Shown here in pieces: positions 10,014 to 21,412 of a DNA stretch of 64,000 bases. The position numbers were made by a program, and so were the translations under genes. Below the pieces are notes generated by a model, which saw only the letters and a list, made by a program, of their open reading frames with translations, was not told the origin of the DNA and ran no database searches. Position 1 is the first letter of the stretch; each line of letters starts with the position of its first letter. The DNA is from an uncultured delta proteobacterium (GTDB taxonomy: Bacteria; Myxococcota_A; UBA9160; UBA4427). The stretch spans positions 384,001 to 448,000 of the forward strand of contig CAWGJT010000012.1 in assembly GCA_963822965.1 (NCBI GenBank), given 5' to 3'.

Positions 10014-11309
10014 CTACTCGGTCACAGGCACGGGTGCGGGATCCGGGCCGGTCGCCTGCGGATCACGCTTCCGGATCCCCAGCAGCCGCGCGACGGGAAC
10101 GGCCAGCAGACCCACGCCTCCGGAGAGCAGCGCGCCCATCTTCGCCTGGCCCTGGAGCCCGGGATCGACGTAGGCTGCGGTCGCCACGAAGAGCGCCACC
10201 GTGAGCCCCAGCGCAGCCACGAAGCCCGCCATCACGAGATCCCGGCGGCTCATGCCCACAGGCAGGGTGAACCCGAGGGCCTCGGAGAGGAGACCGAGCG
10301 TCGTCACGCCCAGCGTCTTCCCGACGACGAGGGATCCCAGCACGATCCAGGTCATGGCACCGATGCCGGCGAGCTCGACCCCGGCGTTGGCGAAGGCGAA
10401 GAAGAACAGCCCGAAGTCCACGAAGCCCTTCACCTGGTGCTCGAACACGTGCAGGGGCGAGTGGTTCAGGAGATCGTCCTCCACCGCAGATCCGTCCGGG
10501 GCGCCGCTCACGTCGAACAGGCCCGAGTCCCTGGCCGGTCCGGGGATGAACGGCACCACGAAGGCCAACGCGAGCGCCGGATGGAGGTGGGCCAGGACCA
10601 GCCCGCTCCAGGAGATGGGCCCGGCGATGGCCACGTAGGGCAGCCAACGGCGGACACCCGCGGCCCGCATGCCGTAGGCGAGCGCCATGGCCAGCAGGGC
10701 CAGCAGCAGCCAGGTGGGCTCCGCGGGCTGCACCGGGTCGCCGTAGAAGACGGCGATGATCACGAGCCCGACCGCGTCGTCGGCCACCGCCAGCAGCAGC
10801 AGGAAGACCACCGCCGGGTGTCCCTTGCCGAACACGGCCCGGGCCACGAGCCAGGCCAGGGCGATGTCGGTCGCCGTCGGGATGCCCCAGCCCTTGGCCA
10901 GGAGCGCCCGGTCGTCCAGCTCCGGGGTGTAGATCCCGGCCCCGAAGCAGAACGCGATCGCCGCGAAGAAGAACAGCACGGGACCCACCACCCCGCCCAG
11001 GGTCGCGACGAGGGGGCTCACCGCCTTGGAGATGGGATTGAGCTGGCCGCCCGGCAGCGAGGCCTCGGCGATCTCCTTCGCGGCGATCGCGAAGAAGAAG
11101 ACCATGAAGACCTCGTTCACCAGGAAGTGAAAGGTCAGCGCGTGCCCGAACACCCGCAGCCCACCCAAGGGCTGGAGCTCGAGGATGTGGTGGTAGAGCT
11201 CCGGGTCGGCGTTGGCGGTCAACAGCGCGATGACGACCCCGCCGAGGAGCGGGATCGAGAATTCCTGCAGCAGATTGACGTAGTGACCGCGCGGCCGGTC
11301 CACCGACAC
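10014..11309 (-). CDS. nhaA: Na+/H+ antiporter NhaA
   Basis: VNEVFMVFFF, GWGIPTATDIALA, LLAVADD, FFFAFANAGV, GLTVALFV; many TM segments. Confidence 0.9.
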   Translation of the reverse strand: MSVDRPRGHYVNLLQEFSIPLLGGVVIALLTANADPELYHHILELQPLGGLRVFGHALTFHFLVNEVFMVFFFAIAAKEIAEASLPGGQLNPISKAVSPLVATLGGVVGPVLFFFAAIAFCFGAGIYTPELDDRALLAKGWGIPTATDIALAWLVARAVFGKGHPAVVFLLLLAVADDAVGLVIIAVFYGDPVQPAEPTWLLLALLAMALAYGMRAAGVRRWLPYVAIAGPISWSGLVLAHLHPALALAFVVPFIPGPARDSGLFDVSGAPDGSAVEDDLLNHSPLHVFEHQVKGFVDFGLFFFAFANAGVELAGIGAMTWIVLGSLVVGKTLGVTTLGLLSEALGFTLPVGMSRRDLVMAGFVAALGLTVALFVATAAYVDPGLQGQAKMGALLSGGVGLLAVPVARLLGIRKRDPQATGPDPAPVPVTE

Positions 11310-11478
11310 CTCTCGAAACCATCGACGGGTAACCCACCCCGGGTCGACAGTCCACGAGACTTTCCACGGCCCGATCCCGCTGGAATGGACGCTCAGAGCC
11401 CCATTCGGCCCGCGGGCCCTCCCCTGTGCCGCTCGCGATACGCCTCGCGCGACGCGGGGCCGCCCCGGAGGCGGCCGG

Positions 11479-11742
11479 TCAGATCAGCTTGCGCAGGCGC
11501 TTGAAGCCGTCCCGTACCTCATCCATCAGGACCTCGGCCGCGGAGGCGACGTCCTCGGCCGCGTCGCGCGCCTCGTTGGCCAGCACCTTCACCTTGCCCT
11601 CGAGCTGCTGCCACTTGCCCTCGACCTCGTCCCAGGTATCCCGCGCGTCCTTCTTGCCGAGATCGAGCTGCACCCGGATCTCGTCGCGCCGCTGCTTCAG
11701 CTTCTCGAATTCGTCGTGCATCCGATTCTGCGTGTCCGACAT
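11479..11742 (-). CDS. Small coiled-coil hypothetical protein (87 aa), in frame with upstream pth
   Basis: Own RBS AAGGAG before ATG 11742. MSDTQNRMHDEFEKLKQRRDEIRVQLDLGKKDARDTWDE..., amphipathic helical pattern. Confidence 0.7.
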   Translation of the reverse strand: MSDTQNRMHDEFEKLKQRRDEIRVQLDLGKKDARDTWDEVEGKWQQLEGKVKVLANEARDAAEDVASAAEVLMDEVRDGFKRLRKLI

Positions 11743-12450
11743 GCTGGTCTCCTTCATCACAGGGCCCGCCCCTAGCTTCGACCTCGGGCCCGGGGTGTCA
11801 AGGGCGCGGGCCGATCCGGCGGGCTCGACGGCGCCGTCGGCCCGGTTGTAGCGGTCCATGGCGACCACGGGGCCGTCCCGAAGGAACGCGGCCGCCGCCG
11901 CTGAGGCGATCGGGACCCGCTCCGCGAGCACCCGCTCCTCTTCGCGCGAGAATGCGTCGAGCACGAAGTCGATCACGCCAGGCGACCCAGGCGACCCCGA
12001 GGACTCGTCCGGCCTTCCGATCCCGAAGCGCAGGCGCGCGAACTCCTTCGTCCCCAGGCACTCGATCACGCTCGCCATGCCGTTGTGCCCGCCCGCGCCG
12101 CCGCGCGGGCGAAGGCGGATGCGGCCGAGGGGCAGGTCGAGATCGTCGCAGACGACGAGAAGCTCGCGGGCGGGGTCGGTCTCGAGCGCCGCCGCCGCGC
12201 GGGCCACCGACTCGCCCGAGCGGTTCATGAAGGTGGTGGGCTCGAGGAACGCCAGCGGCTCGGCGCCCTGCTCGAATCCGGCGTCCTGCTCCACCGGCAC
12301 GAAGCCCTGGGCGTAGAGCCCCTGGAATCGCTCCTCCAGGATCTCGACGCCCTGGCTTCGAGCCAGCTCGTCCACGATGCGGAAGCCCACGTTGTGCCGG
12401 GACGCCGCGTAGCGCGGCCCTGGATTCCCCAGCCCGACGACGAGCTTCAC
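11479..12450 (-). CDS. pth: Peptidyl-tRNA hydrolase (Pth domain about aa 1-205; ORF reads through into the small coiled-coil gene)
   Basis: MKLVVGLGNPG..Y..SRHNVGF, PTTFMNRSG, DDLDLPLG, GGAGGHNG, RLRFGIGRP. GTG overlaps the rplY stop. Confidence 0.92.
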   Translation of the reverse strand: MKLVVGLGNPGPRYAASRHNVGFRIVDELARSQGVEILEERFQGLYAQGFVPVEQDAGFEQGAEPLAFLEPTTFMNRSGESVARAAAALETDPARELLVVCDDLDLPLGRIRLRPRGGAGGHNGMASVIECLGTKEFARLRFGIGRPDESSGSPGSPGVIDFVLDAFSREEERVLAERVPIASAAAAAFLRDGPVVAMDRYNRADGAVEPAGSARALDTPGPRSKLGAGPVMKETSMSDTQNRMHDEFEKLKQRRDEIRVQLDLGKKDARDTWDEVEGKWQQLEGKVKVLANEARDAAEDVASAAEVLMDEVRDGFKRLRKLI

Positions 12451-13109
12451 GACTCCTTGTCTTCCCCTTCGGGCTCGCCCGGCTCGGCCTCGGCCGGGGC
12501 GGCGACGCCCTCGCCCAGGGTGGGCTCGGCGGCAGCCTCCTCCTCGAGGCGCGGCGCACCCACCGACACCACGGCGGTGTCGGCCTGGGTGTGGAGCTCG
12601 ACGCCCGCGGGCAGGTTCAGCTCGGCGACGTGGATCGAGTCGCCGATGTCGAGGGCGGACACGTCCACCAGGATCTCGTCGGGAATCGCCCGCGGCAGAC
12701 AGTCGAGCTCGAGCACGCGCAGGGCATGGTCGAGCAGACCGCCCATGGTGACGCCCGGGGCGGTACCGGTCAGGTGGATCGGCACCGAGACGCGGATGCG
12801 CTCGTCCGGATCCACCTCGAAGAGATCCGCATGCACCAGGTCCCCGCGCACGGGCTCCCGCTGCAGGTCCTTCACCAGCACCGTGCGACCGGACACCTCT
12901 TGCGGCCCGGTGAGGTCGATCAGCGTGTTGACCCCCGCATGGCTGGTGTGGATGAGCCGATCCAGCTCCCGGGGATCCAGCGAGATGGCAACCGAGGCGA
13001 GCTCGCTCCCGTACACCACCGCCGGGATGCGTCCCGCGGCCCGCAGCCTGCGGGCGACGCCCTTGCCGGTTTCCTTCCTGATCTCGACTGTCAGCGGAAT
13101 CTCGCCCAT
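12447..13109 (-). CDS. rplY: 50S ribosomal protein L25/general stress protein Ctc
   Basis: RKETGKGVARRLRAAGRIPAVVYG, HADL, PGVTMGG, IPDEILVDVSALDIGDSIHV. Confidence 0.95.
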   Translation of the reverse strand: MGEIPLTVEIRKETGKGVARRLRAAGRIPAVVYGSELASVAISLDPRELDRLIHTSHAGVNTLIDLTGPQEVSGRTVLVKDLQREPVRGDLVHADLFEVDPDERIRVSVPIHLTGTAPGVTMGGLLDHALRVLELDCLPRAIPDEILVDVSALDIGDSIHVAELNLPAGVELHTQADTAVVSVGAPRLEEEAAAEPTLGEGVAAPAEAEPGEPEGEDKES

Positions 13110-13156
13110 GGGTTTCTCCTGGATGGTGGAATGGAGCTCGAAGGAGCTCGGACGAC

Positions 13157-14086
13157 TCACACGAAGAGCGAGCTCACGCTCTCTTCGTTGTTGATGCGAC
13201 GGATCGCCTCGCCCAGCAGGCGTGCGACCGACACGACGTGGATCTTCTCCCGGTCCGCCGCCTCGGCGCGCAGGGGAATGGTATCCGTGACGATGATCTC
13301 GCGAATCGGCGACTCGGCGATGCGCTTCTGTGCGGGGCCGGAGAGTACCGGATGCGTGATGGCCGCGTACACCGAATTCGCGCCATGGTCCACCAGGCTG
13401 CGCCCTGCCTCGCACAGGGTACCCGCCGTATCGACCATGTCGTCGACGATCACGCAGTCGCGCCCTTCCACGTTGCCGATGATGTTCATTACCTGGGCCG
13501 TGTTCGGGGCCTCTCGACGCTTGTCGATCATGGCCAGACTGGCCCCGAGGCGCTTCGCGTAGGCCCGGGCCCGCTCGGCGCCCCCGGCGTCGGGGGACAC
13601 GATGGTCAGGTCCCGGGGGAAGCGCTGGGTGATGGCGTCCAGGAGGAGCGGCGTCGCGAACAGGTTGTCGACGGGAATGTTGAAGAAGCCCTGGATCTGG
13701 CCGGCGTGGAGGTCCATGCAGAGCACGCGATCCGTGCCGGCCACGGAGAGCAGATCCGCGACGAGCTTCGCGGTAATGGGCACCCGGGGCTTGGTCTTGC
13801 GGTCCTGGCGCGCATAGCCGTAGTAGGGGATCACCGCCGTGATGCGCCGGGCCGACGACCGGCGGAGCGCATCGATCATGATGAGCAGCTCCATCAGGTG
13901 CGTGTTGGCAGGTGCGCAGATCGACTGGAGGGCGAACGTGTCCATCCCGCGGACGTTCTCGCCGAGCTCCACGCAGCACTCCCCGTCGCTGAACGTCCCC
14001 ACTTCGGCCTGGCCGAGGGGAATGTCCAGATAGCTCGCCACGTCGCGGGCGAGAGGAATGTTGGAGTTGCCGGAGAAGAGCTTCAT
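13157..14086 (-). CDS. prs: Ribose-phosphate pyrophosphokinase
   Basis: [54 protein letters not shown]. Confidence 0.97.
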   Translation of the reverse strand: MKLFSGNSNIPLARDVASYLDIPLGQAEVGTFSDGECCVELGENVRGMDTFALQSICAPANTHLMELLIMIDALRRSSARRITAVIPYYGYARQDRKTKPRVPITAKLVADLLSVAGTDRVLCMDLHAGQIQGFFNIPVDNLFATPLLLDAITQRFPRDLTIVSPDAGGAERARAYAKRLGASLAMIDKRREAPNTAQVMNIIGNVEGRDCVIVDDMVDTAGTLCEAGRSLVDHGANSVYAAITHPVLSGPAQKRIAESPIREIIVTDTIPLRAEAADREKIHVVSVARLLGEAIRRINNEESVSSLFV

Positions 14087-14128
14087 GGGTCTCGGGTCTG
14101 GAGGGGGGCGCCTGGTGGCTCCTGGATT

Positions 14129-14277
14129 CGGGCTGGCTGGGGCGGCAGGACTCGAACCTGCCTCGTCGCTGGGTGGCTCCTCAGTGCGGGCTGGCTGGGG
14201 CGGCAGGACTCGAACCTGCCTCGTCGCTGGGTGGCTCCTCAGTGCGGGCTGGCTGGGGCGGCAGGACTCGAACCTGC
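14129..14277 (-). repeat. 58-bp tandem repeat (about 2.6 units), each unit containing the 3' 28 nt of tRNA-Gln
   Basis: Units start at 14129, 14187 and 14245. tRNA 3'-end copies GCAGGTTCGAGTCCTGCCGCCCCAGCCA lie at 14134-14161, 14192-14219 and 14250-14277 (the real tRNA). Confidence 0.93.
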
Positions 14278-14324
14278 AATAGGCGGCTTCAAAGGCCGCT
14301 GCCTTACCATTTGGCGACGCCCCA
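14250..14324 (-). tRNA. tRNA-Gln(UUG)
   Basis: TGGGGCGTCGCCAAATGGTAAGGCAGCGGCCTTTGAAGCCGCCTATTGCAGGTTCGAGTCCTGCCGCCCCAGCCA: cloverleaf, anticodon TTG, GTTCGA T-loop, encoded CCA. Usual ispE-tRNA-Gln-prs position. Confidence 0.96.
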
Positions 14325-14427
14325 GAGCTCCCGTTCTGCCGAACCGGCCGTTTGCTTCCGCTGCTCGTCTTGCTCGCCGTCTCTCGCTTCTCTCGTCCTT
14401 GCGCGCCTGTCCGGCTCGTTGCGTTCG

Positions 14428-15399
14428 TCAGGGCGTTCTTCGCGGAAGGGGGCCCGTCTGCACCCGGGTCACGCAGCTCCAGGTCGTCGGGTCGAAGCCC
14501 GCCCGGCTCTGCGCGGCGAGCGCTGCTGCTTCCGTTTCGAACACCCCGTAGACGGTGGCACCGCTGCCCGACATCCCGGCGAACAGCGCCCCGGCGGCGC
14601 GCAGCCGGTCCCGAAGCCGGGCCACCGGGGGACACAGGCGAATCGCGGCCGCCTCCAGGTCGTTCCGGAGCGCGGAGAGACGGCTCGGGGCGTCCGGGTC
14701 TCGGGCCGGCTCCAGGAGCGCCCGCATCGTAGAACGGGGGTCTTCCGAGGTCAAACCCTCGGAATCGCTGGGGGAGCGGCCCCCGAGAGCGTCGTAGAGC
14801 CGGAACACCGCCGCGGTCGGGAGGGCGATTCCGGGGTTGGCGAGCAGCACCGGGAGCCCCGGGATACCCTCGACGGGCTCGATCTGCTCGCCGATGCCCC
14901 GGACCCGAGCCGGCCGCGGGTCCAGGAAGAAGGGCACGTCCGCGCCGAGCGCCAGGGCGATGCGAGAGAGCTCCCCGGGTGGCGGGCCGCCCGGCAGCAG
15001 CTCCGCCAGGCCTCGCAGCACGGCGCCGGCGTCGCTCGAGCCGCCCCCCAGGCCCGCCGCCGCGGGAACCCGCTTGCGGAGTCGGATGCCAACCCGGGAT
15101 ACGCCTCGACCGACCCGGGCGCCGGCCGGGCAATCGAGGAAGGCCCGGGCGGCGCGCACGGCCAGGTTCGAGGCATCCGCCGGCACCGACCCGGCACCCT
15201 TCGGCGCCGCTCGATCCGCCACCAGCTCGAGCTCGATCCGCGGCGGCATCTCGCCCTCTCCCCGGTCGATGCGGATCTCGACGTCGTCGGCGAGCTCCAA
15301 CGGGACGAAGAGGCTGTCCAACAGGTGATATCCGTCGCTGCGCCGACCGACGACGCGGAGCCCGAGGTTCAGCTTGGCCGGGGCCGCGCATGCCAGCAT
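14428..15399 (-). CDS. ispE: 4-diphosphocytidyl-2-C-methyl-D-erythritol kinase
   Basis: [55 protein letters not shown]. Confidence 0.95.
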   Translation of the reverse strand: MLACAAPAKLNLGLRVVGRRSDGYHLLDSLFVPLELADDVEIRIDRGEGEMPPRIELELVADRAAPKGAGSVPADASNLAVRAARAFLDCPAGARVGRGVSRVGIRLRKRVPAAAGLGGGSSDAGAVLRGLAELLPGGPPPGELSRIALALGADVPFFLDPRPARVRGIGEQIEPVEGIPGLPVLLANPGIALPTAAVFRLYDALGGRSPSDSEGLTSEDPRSTMRALLEPARDPDAPSRLSALRNDLEAAAIRLCPPVARLRDRLRAAGALFAGMSGSGATVYGVFETEAAALAAQSRAGFDPTTWSCVTRVQTGPLPRRTP

Positions 15400-15457
15400 C
15401 GCGTCCCCTCCACCACCGCCCACGGCCCCGCGATCCACGTGCGCTCCGAACGGATCG

Positions 15458-15748
15458 CTAGCCGCGAACCTTGACGAACTGCATGCGCAGCTCGTAGAGG
15501 AGGCTGTCGAGGAGCTTCCGCTCTTCCTCGTCGAGGTTGCCCCGGGTCTTCTCGCGAAGCATCTCGAGGCTGTCGATGGTCTGCTGGGCGAGCAGGCGGT
15601 CGGGCGCGTCGACGCGATCGCCGTCCGGCCCCGGGACGAGCCCCATCTGGTAGAGGGCGGAAGTCGAGAGGGACAGGACGAAGGTCGAGAAGTCGATCTT
15701 CGACAGCTTCCCTCCGTCGGTCTTCGAAGGCTGCGGTGCATCCGGCAT
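15458..15748 (-). CDS. DUF1844-like protein
   Basis: IDFSTFVLSLSTSALYQMG...AQQTIDSLEMLREKTRGNLDEEERKLLDSLLYELRMQFV matches my recollection of DUF1844. Confidence 0.82.
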   Translation of the reverse strand: MPDAPQPSKTDGGKLSKIDFSTFVLSLSTSALYQMGLVPGPDGDRVDAPDRLLAQQTIDSLEMLREKTRGNLDEEERKLLDSLLYELRMQFVKVRG

Positions 15749-15749
15749 G

Positions 15750-16490
15750 TCAGACCTGCTCCCCGGCAGCTCCGGCGGCTCCCCCTCCGGCACTGCCCCG
15801 GCTTTCGTCTCCCCGGGTCTCGCCCGGCTCCGTGTCGGCCGCCGGCCCGGCGGCGTGGCCAGCACGCTGCCCCGGTCCCGACTCGCTGCCCTCGACGGCC
15901 TGGGACCGATCGAAATCCCCCAGCCCACGCCAGGCTGCGGCCATCCGCTGACCCGCCGTGAGGGTGGTGCCTGCGGCGAGGACCCACAAGGCCGGCACCA
16001 TCATGCCGAAGAGGCCGCCGGCCGCCAGCAGTCCCACGCGCTCCCCGCGCTCGAGCAGGCCGCCCGGGAGGTGCGGAATCATGAGCTCCGCCCGGGCCTT
16101 CGCGTAGGAGGTGACGATGCTGCTCACGAGCACGACGGCCGCCAGCAGCTGGGGAAGCCCCTCGTCCTGCCGGCCGTAGTGGATCACCAACCCGAGCATC
16201 AAGGCCATGTCGACGACCCGATCCAGGGTCGAATCGAGGAAGGCCCCGAAGCTCGTCGAGATGCCGAAGCGGCGCGCGACCACGCCGTCGACCAGGTCGA
16301 AGAAGCCGCCCGCGAGCATCACCAGCGCGCCCGCCCGCAGGTGGCCTTCCGCGAACGCCCAGGCCGCCCCGAGCGAGACCGCGGTCCCCGCGACTGTCAG
16401 CCAGTTCGGATCGAGGCGGCGCGTGAACAGGAACGGAAAGGCGCGCTGGATCCATCCGTCCAGGTGCTGGCCGAGCTTCTCCTTGATCAC
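15750..16490 (-). CDS. CDP-alcohol phosphatidyltransferase
   Basis: PNWLT, DLVDGVVAR...FGAFLDSTLDR signature, SYAKARAE. Confidence 0.92.
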   Translation of the reverse strand: MIKEKLGQHLDGWIQRAFPFLFTRRLDPNWLTVAGTAVSLGAAWAFAEGHLRAGALVMLAGGFFDLVDGVVARRFGISTSFGAFLDSTLDRVVDMALMLGLVIHYGRQDEGLPQLLAAVVLVSSIVTSYAKARAELMIPHLPGGLLERGERVGLLAAGGLFGMMVPALWVLAAGTTLTAGQRMAAAWRGLGDFDRSQAVEGSESGPGQRAGHAAGPAADTEPGETRGDESRGSAGGGAAGAAGEQV

Positions 16491-16613
16491 GGCGGCGAGG
16501 GCGAGTTGATCACGGCGGCGAGGGCGAGTCGATCACGGCGGCGAGGCAGAGTCGATCACGGCGGCGAGGCAGAGTCGATCACGGCGGCGAGGCAGAGTCG
16601 ATCACGGCGGCGA
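16485..16613. repeat. 23-bp tandem repeat, about 5.6 copies, overlapping the start codon of the phosphatidyltransferase
   Basis: GATCACGGCGGCGAGG(GC/CA)GAGT(T/C) units start at 16485, 16508, 16531, 16554, 16577 and 16600 (last one partial). Confidence 0.93.
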
Positions 16614-16660
16614 AGGAGAGCCCGTGCTCGGACGTCCGGCCCCGCTGGACCGGACGAGCC

Positions 16661-16843
16661 TCAGGCTCCCGTCTCCGGACCGGCGGGTCGTGACTCGGAC
16701 GCTTCCTCGTCCTTCGGGGCGATCTTGTCGGACACATCGGGCAGGGCCTCGAGGGCTTGCTCGAGCTCTTCCGGCGCGATCCAGCCCCGACGCTGGATGA
16801 GCCGACGGTCGACGCGCAGCTTGCTGATCGTTTCGCGATCCAT
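16661..16843 (-). CDS. Small hypothetical protein (60 aa)
   Basis: GGAG RBS then MDRETISKLRVDRRLIQRRGWIAPEELEQALEALPDVSDK; protein-like composition. Confidence 0.65.
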   Translation of the reverse strand: MDRETISKLRVDRRLIQRRGWIAPEELEQALEALPDVSDKIAPKDEEASESRPAGPETGA

Positions 16844-16910
16844 GGCGATCTCCGTCATGATGCAGGGTTTCGGGGTTCTGATGAGGGAACGGGCGGCGAA
16901 CCTTAGCAAA

Positions 16911-16939
16911 TTGACACGTCCGGGCGGGGTGAGTAGCGT
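16911..16939 (+). promoter_or_regulatory. sigma70-like promoter for the bamD operon
   Basis: TTGACA(16911)-N17-TAGCGT(16934). Confidence 0.55.
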
Positions 16940-16982
16940 CGCGTCGAGTCAAGCGAGCCAAGAGAGGTAGAGAGGTCCCCGG

Positions 16983-17888
16983 GTGCGCGACCCCGCGTCG
17001 ACTCTCCCCGAGATTCCGAAGCCCGATCCTGTGATCCCGCGCTCCGGCCCCGCCGGCCCGTGCGCGACGGCGCGCACCGGCTCACCCCGGCATCGGCGGA
17101 GCCGGCTGCTCCTTCCGCCGGTCCATCTGCTGGCCACCCTCGCCCTGCTCGGCACGGTGGCCGCCTGCAAGACCGACACCCCCAGCTTCGAGGACGTACC
17201 CCCCGCGGACGAGCTCTACGCCCAGGGGCTCGAGATCCTCCAGGGCTGGAAGCTCCTGTGGGTCTACCGGGTCGTGAACTACACGAAGGCCATCGAGACC
17301 TTCCAGTCCATCATCGACAACTATCCCTACAGCGACTACGCGGTGAACGCGGAGCTTCAGATCGCCGACGCCTACTTCGCCGACAAGCGCTGGGAGGAGG
17401 CGCTCTCCTACTACCGCGACTTCGGCGACCTGCATCCCCAGCACGAGAAGGTCCCGTACACGATCCTGCGCTCGGCCCAGTGCCACTACGAGCAGATCGG
17501 AACCGTCAACCGGGACCAGACGGCCACCCGCGAGGCCCTCCACTTTCTCGAGATCCTGCTCCGCAACTACCCCTACGCCAAGGAGACCACCCAGGGCGAG
17601 CAGATGATGCACGAGCTGCGGACGGAGCTGGCGGAGAACGTCCTTCTGACGGGCGACTTCTATCTCGCGCGCCGGGAGTACCAGTCCGCCGCGGAGCGCT
17701 ACCGATCCGTGCTGAACGTCTACCCGGGCCTCGGCCTCGACGCCGAGGCGCTCTTCAAGCTCGGCGTGTGCTACGAGAACCTGAAGCGCGTGGACGAGGC
17801 GCTGCGGCTCTTCCACGTGATCCTCGAGAACTTCGGGGACACACAGCACGCCAAGGAGGCCCGGCGCCACATCGCCGCGGCCAGCTGA
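16983..17888 (+). CDS. bamD: Outer membrane protein assembly factor BamD (start uncertain)
   Basis: Lipobox-like LLGTVAAC, TPRs, YPYSDYA, HPQHEKVPY, RDQTAT, FYL...YQSAAERY. Confidence 0.88.
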   Translation: MRDPASTLPEIPKPDPVIPRSGPAGPCATARTGSPRHRRSRLLLPPVHLLATLALLGTVAACKTDTPSFEDVPPADELYAQGLEILQGWKLLWVYRVVNYTKAIETFQSIIDNYPYSDYAVNAELQIADAYFADKRWEEALSYYRDFGDLHPQHEKVPYTILRSAQCHYEQIGTVNRDQTATREALHFLEILLRNYPYAKETTQGEQMMHELRTELAENVLLTGDFYLARREYQSAAERYRSVLNVYPGLGLDAEALFKLGVCYENLKRVDEALRLFHVILENFGDTQHAKEARRHIAAAS

Positions 17889-17935
17889 ATCGGGGGAGCC
17901 TCCCCGCGCAGGAGCCGAAGTCCGGAGGGCCCGCC

Positions 17936-18715
17936 ATGCCGCCGAACGCCTCGTCGCGGATGACGTCGAGCGAACGCGAGCTGTACAACCAGGGGCGCGC
18001 CAGCTTCGAGCGCGGCGAGATCGATCACGCCCTTGCCGCCCTCGGCACCCTGCTCGAGCGCAAGACGGGCTTCGCCGACCTCCACTACATGGTGGGGGTG
18101 CTGCTCGACCAGCAGGGGGACGCCCACGGGGCCCGCGAACGCCTGCGGGACGCCATCCGCCTGAACCCCTCGTACACCGAGGCGTTGCTCGCCCTGGCGT
18201 CCGTCTACGAGCGCGAGGGCGACTTCGATCGTTCCCAGGAGCTGACGGAGCGCGCCGCCCAGGTCTCCCAGGGCCTGCCGGGCGTGCTCGACCCCACCAC
18301 CCGCGGCAAGCTCGCGAACCTGCAGGCGGCGGTGGGAGACGCCTACGCGGAGGTGGGCGAGTACCGCGAGGCGATCCAGGCCTACAACAAGGCCCTCGAC
18401 CGCTGTCCGGACTTCCACGACATCCGTCACCGGCTGGGCGTCGCCCTGCGCGCCGCGGGGCTGCCGCACCGCGCCGAGCTCGAGTTCAAGCGCGTCCTGC
18501 GCAGCAATCCGGACATGCTGGGCGCACAGGTACAGCTCGGTCTGACCTACTACACGATGGGTCGGGCGCCCGAGGCCGTCGGCCTGTGGAGCGAGGTCCT
18601 ACGACGCGACCCGTCCGAGCGCGACGCCCTGATGTACCTGCGCATGGTGCAGGGCGCGGAGAGGTCGAAGCAGGAAGCCGCCCCGCAGACACCCGCAGAC
18701 ACGGACGAGGACTGA
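17936..18715 (+). CDS. Tetratricopeptide repeat protein
   Basis: Repeated TPR motifs (FADLHYMVG, AIRLNPSYTEA, CPDFHDIRHRLG). GGAGG RBS. Confidence 0.82.
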   Translation: MPPNASSRMTSSERELYNQGRASFERGEIDHALAALGTLLERKTGFADLHYMVGVLLDQQGDAHGARERLRDAIRLNPSYTEALLALASVYEREGDFDRSQELTERAAQVSQGLPGVLDPTTRGKLANLQAAVGDAYAEVGEYREAIQAYNKALDRCPDFHDIRHRLGVALRAAGLPHRAELEFKRVLRSNPDMLGAQVQLGLTYYTMGRAPEAVGLWSEVLRRDPSERDALMYLRMVQGAERSKQEAAPQTPADTDED

Positions 18716-19245
18716 TGGCGGGACTCTCCACCCTGGACGCGGCGGTCCTCGCGGTGCTGGGGGTCGCCGTCGTCCGCGGCGTCGTGATCGGCCTGATCCG
18801 CGAAGGGTTCTCGATCGCGGCCCTCGGCGGTGCGCTCCTCGCCGTGCGCTACGGCATCGGTCCCCTGGCCGGCTGGATCCAGGAGGCGTCCCGGGGCGAC
18901 CTGGGCCAGACCGCCTCCACCTGGATCGCCGGAATCGCCATCGGCCTCGGCACCGTGGCGGTGCTCGGCATGGCGGGACGCCTGCTCCGACGCGGGGCCC
19001 GGGCCGTCGGCCTCGGCTGGGCCGATCGCCTCGGCGGAGGGGTCGTCGGGGCGGTGGAAGGCGCTCTCGCCGCGGCCGTGATCCTGGTGCTGGCCACCTG
19101 GGCCGCCGGGCCGGGTAGCCCGCTGATCGAGAACGCCAGGAGCGTCGAGGTGCTGGAGGACGTGCAGACCTACCTGGCCGAGCACCGGGAGGAGCTGCCC
19201 GCCGTGGCGGCGCCGCCGGAATGGCTCGAGAAGGGACGACGTTAG
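18715..19245 (+). CDS. cvpA: CvpA (colicin V production) family membrane protein
   Basis: LDAAVL...RGVVIGLIRE, GLGWADRLGGGVVG. ATG overlaps the TPR gene stop. Confidence 0.82.
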   Translation: MAGLSTLDAAVLAVLGVAVVRGVVIGLIREGFSIAALGGALLAVRYGIGPLAGWIQEASRGDLGQTASTWIAGIAIGLGTVAVLGMAGRLLRRGARAVGLGWADRLGGGVVGAVEGALAAAVILVLATWAAGPGSPLIENARSVEVLEDVQTYLAEHREELPAVAAPPEWLEKGRR

Positions 19246-19284
19246 GCGGGAGGAGGCGCGGCTCGGGTCGTCGCGAGGGTCCGA

Positions 19285-21402
<2,118 letters not shown>

Positions 21403-21412
21403 GCCAACGAGG

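Noticed and set aside
14129..14277. 58-bp repeats as CRISPR or as extra tRNA genes
   Set aside because: The intervening sequences are identical, and the copies lack the D-arm, anticodon arm and 5' acceptor strand.
16485..16613. 23-bp repeats as a CRISPR array
   Set aside because: Units are head-to-tail with no spacers, and there are no cas genes.
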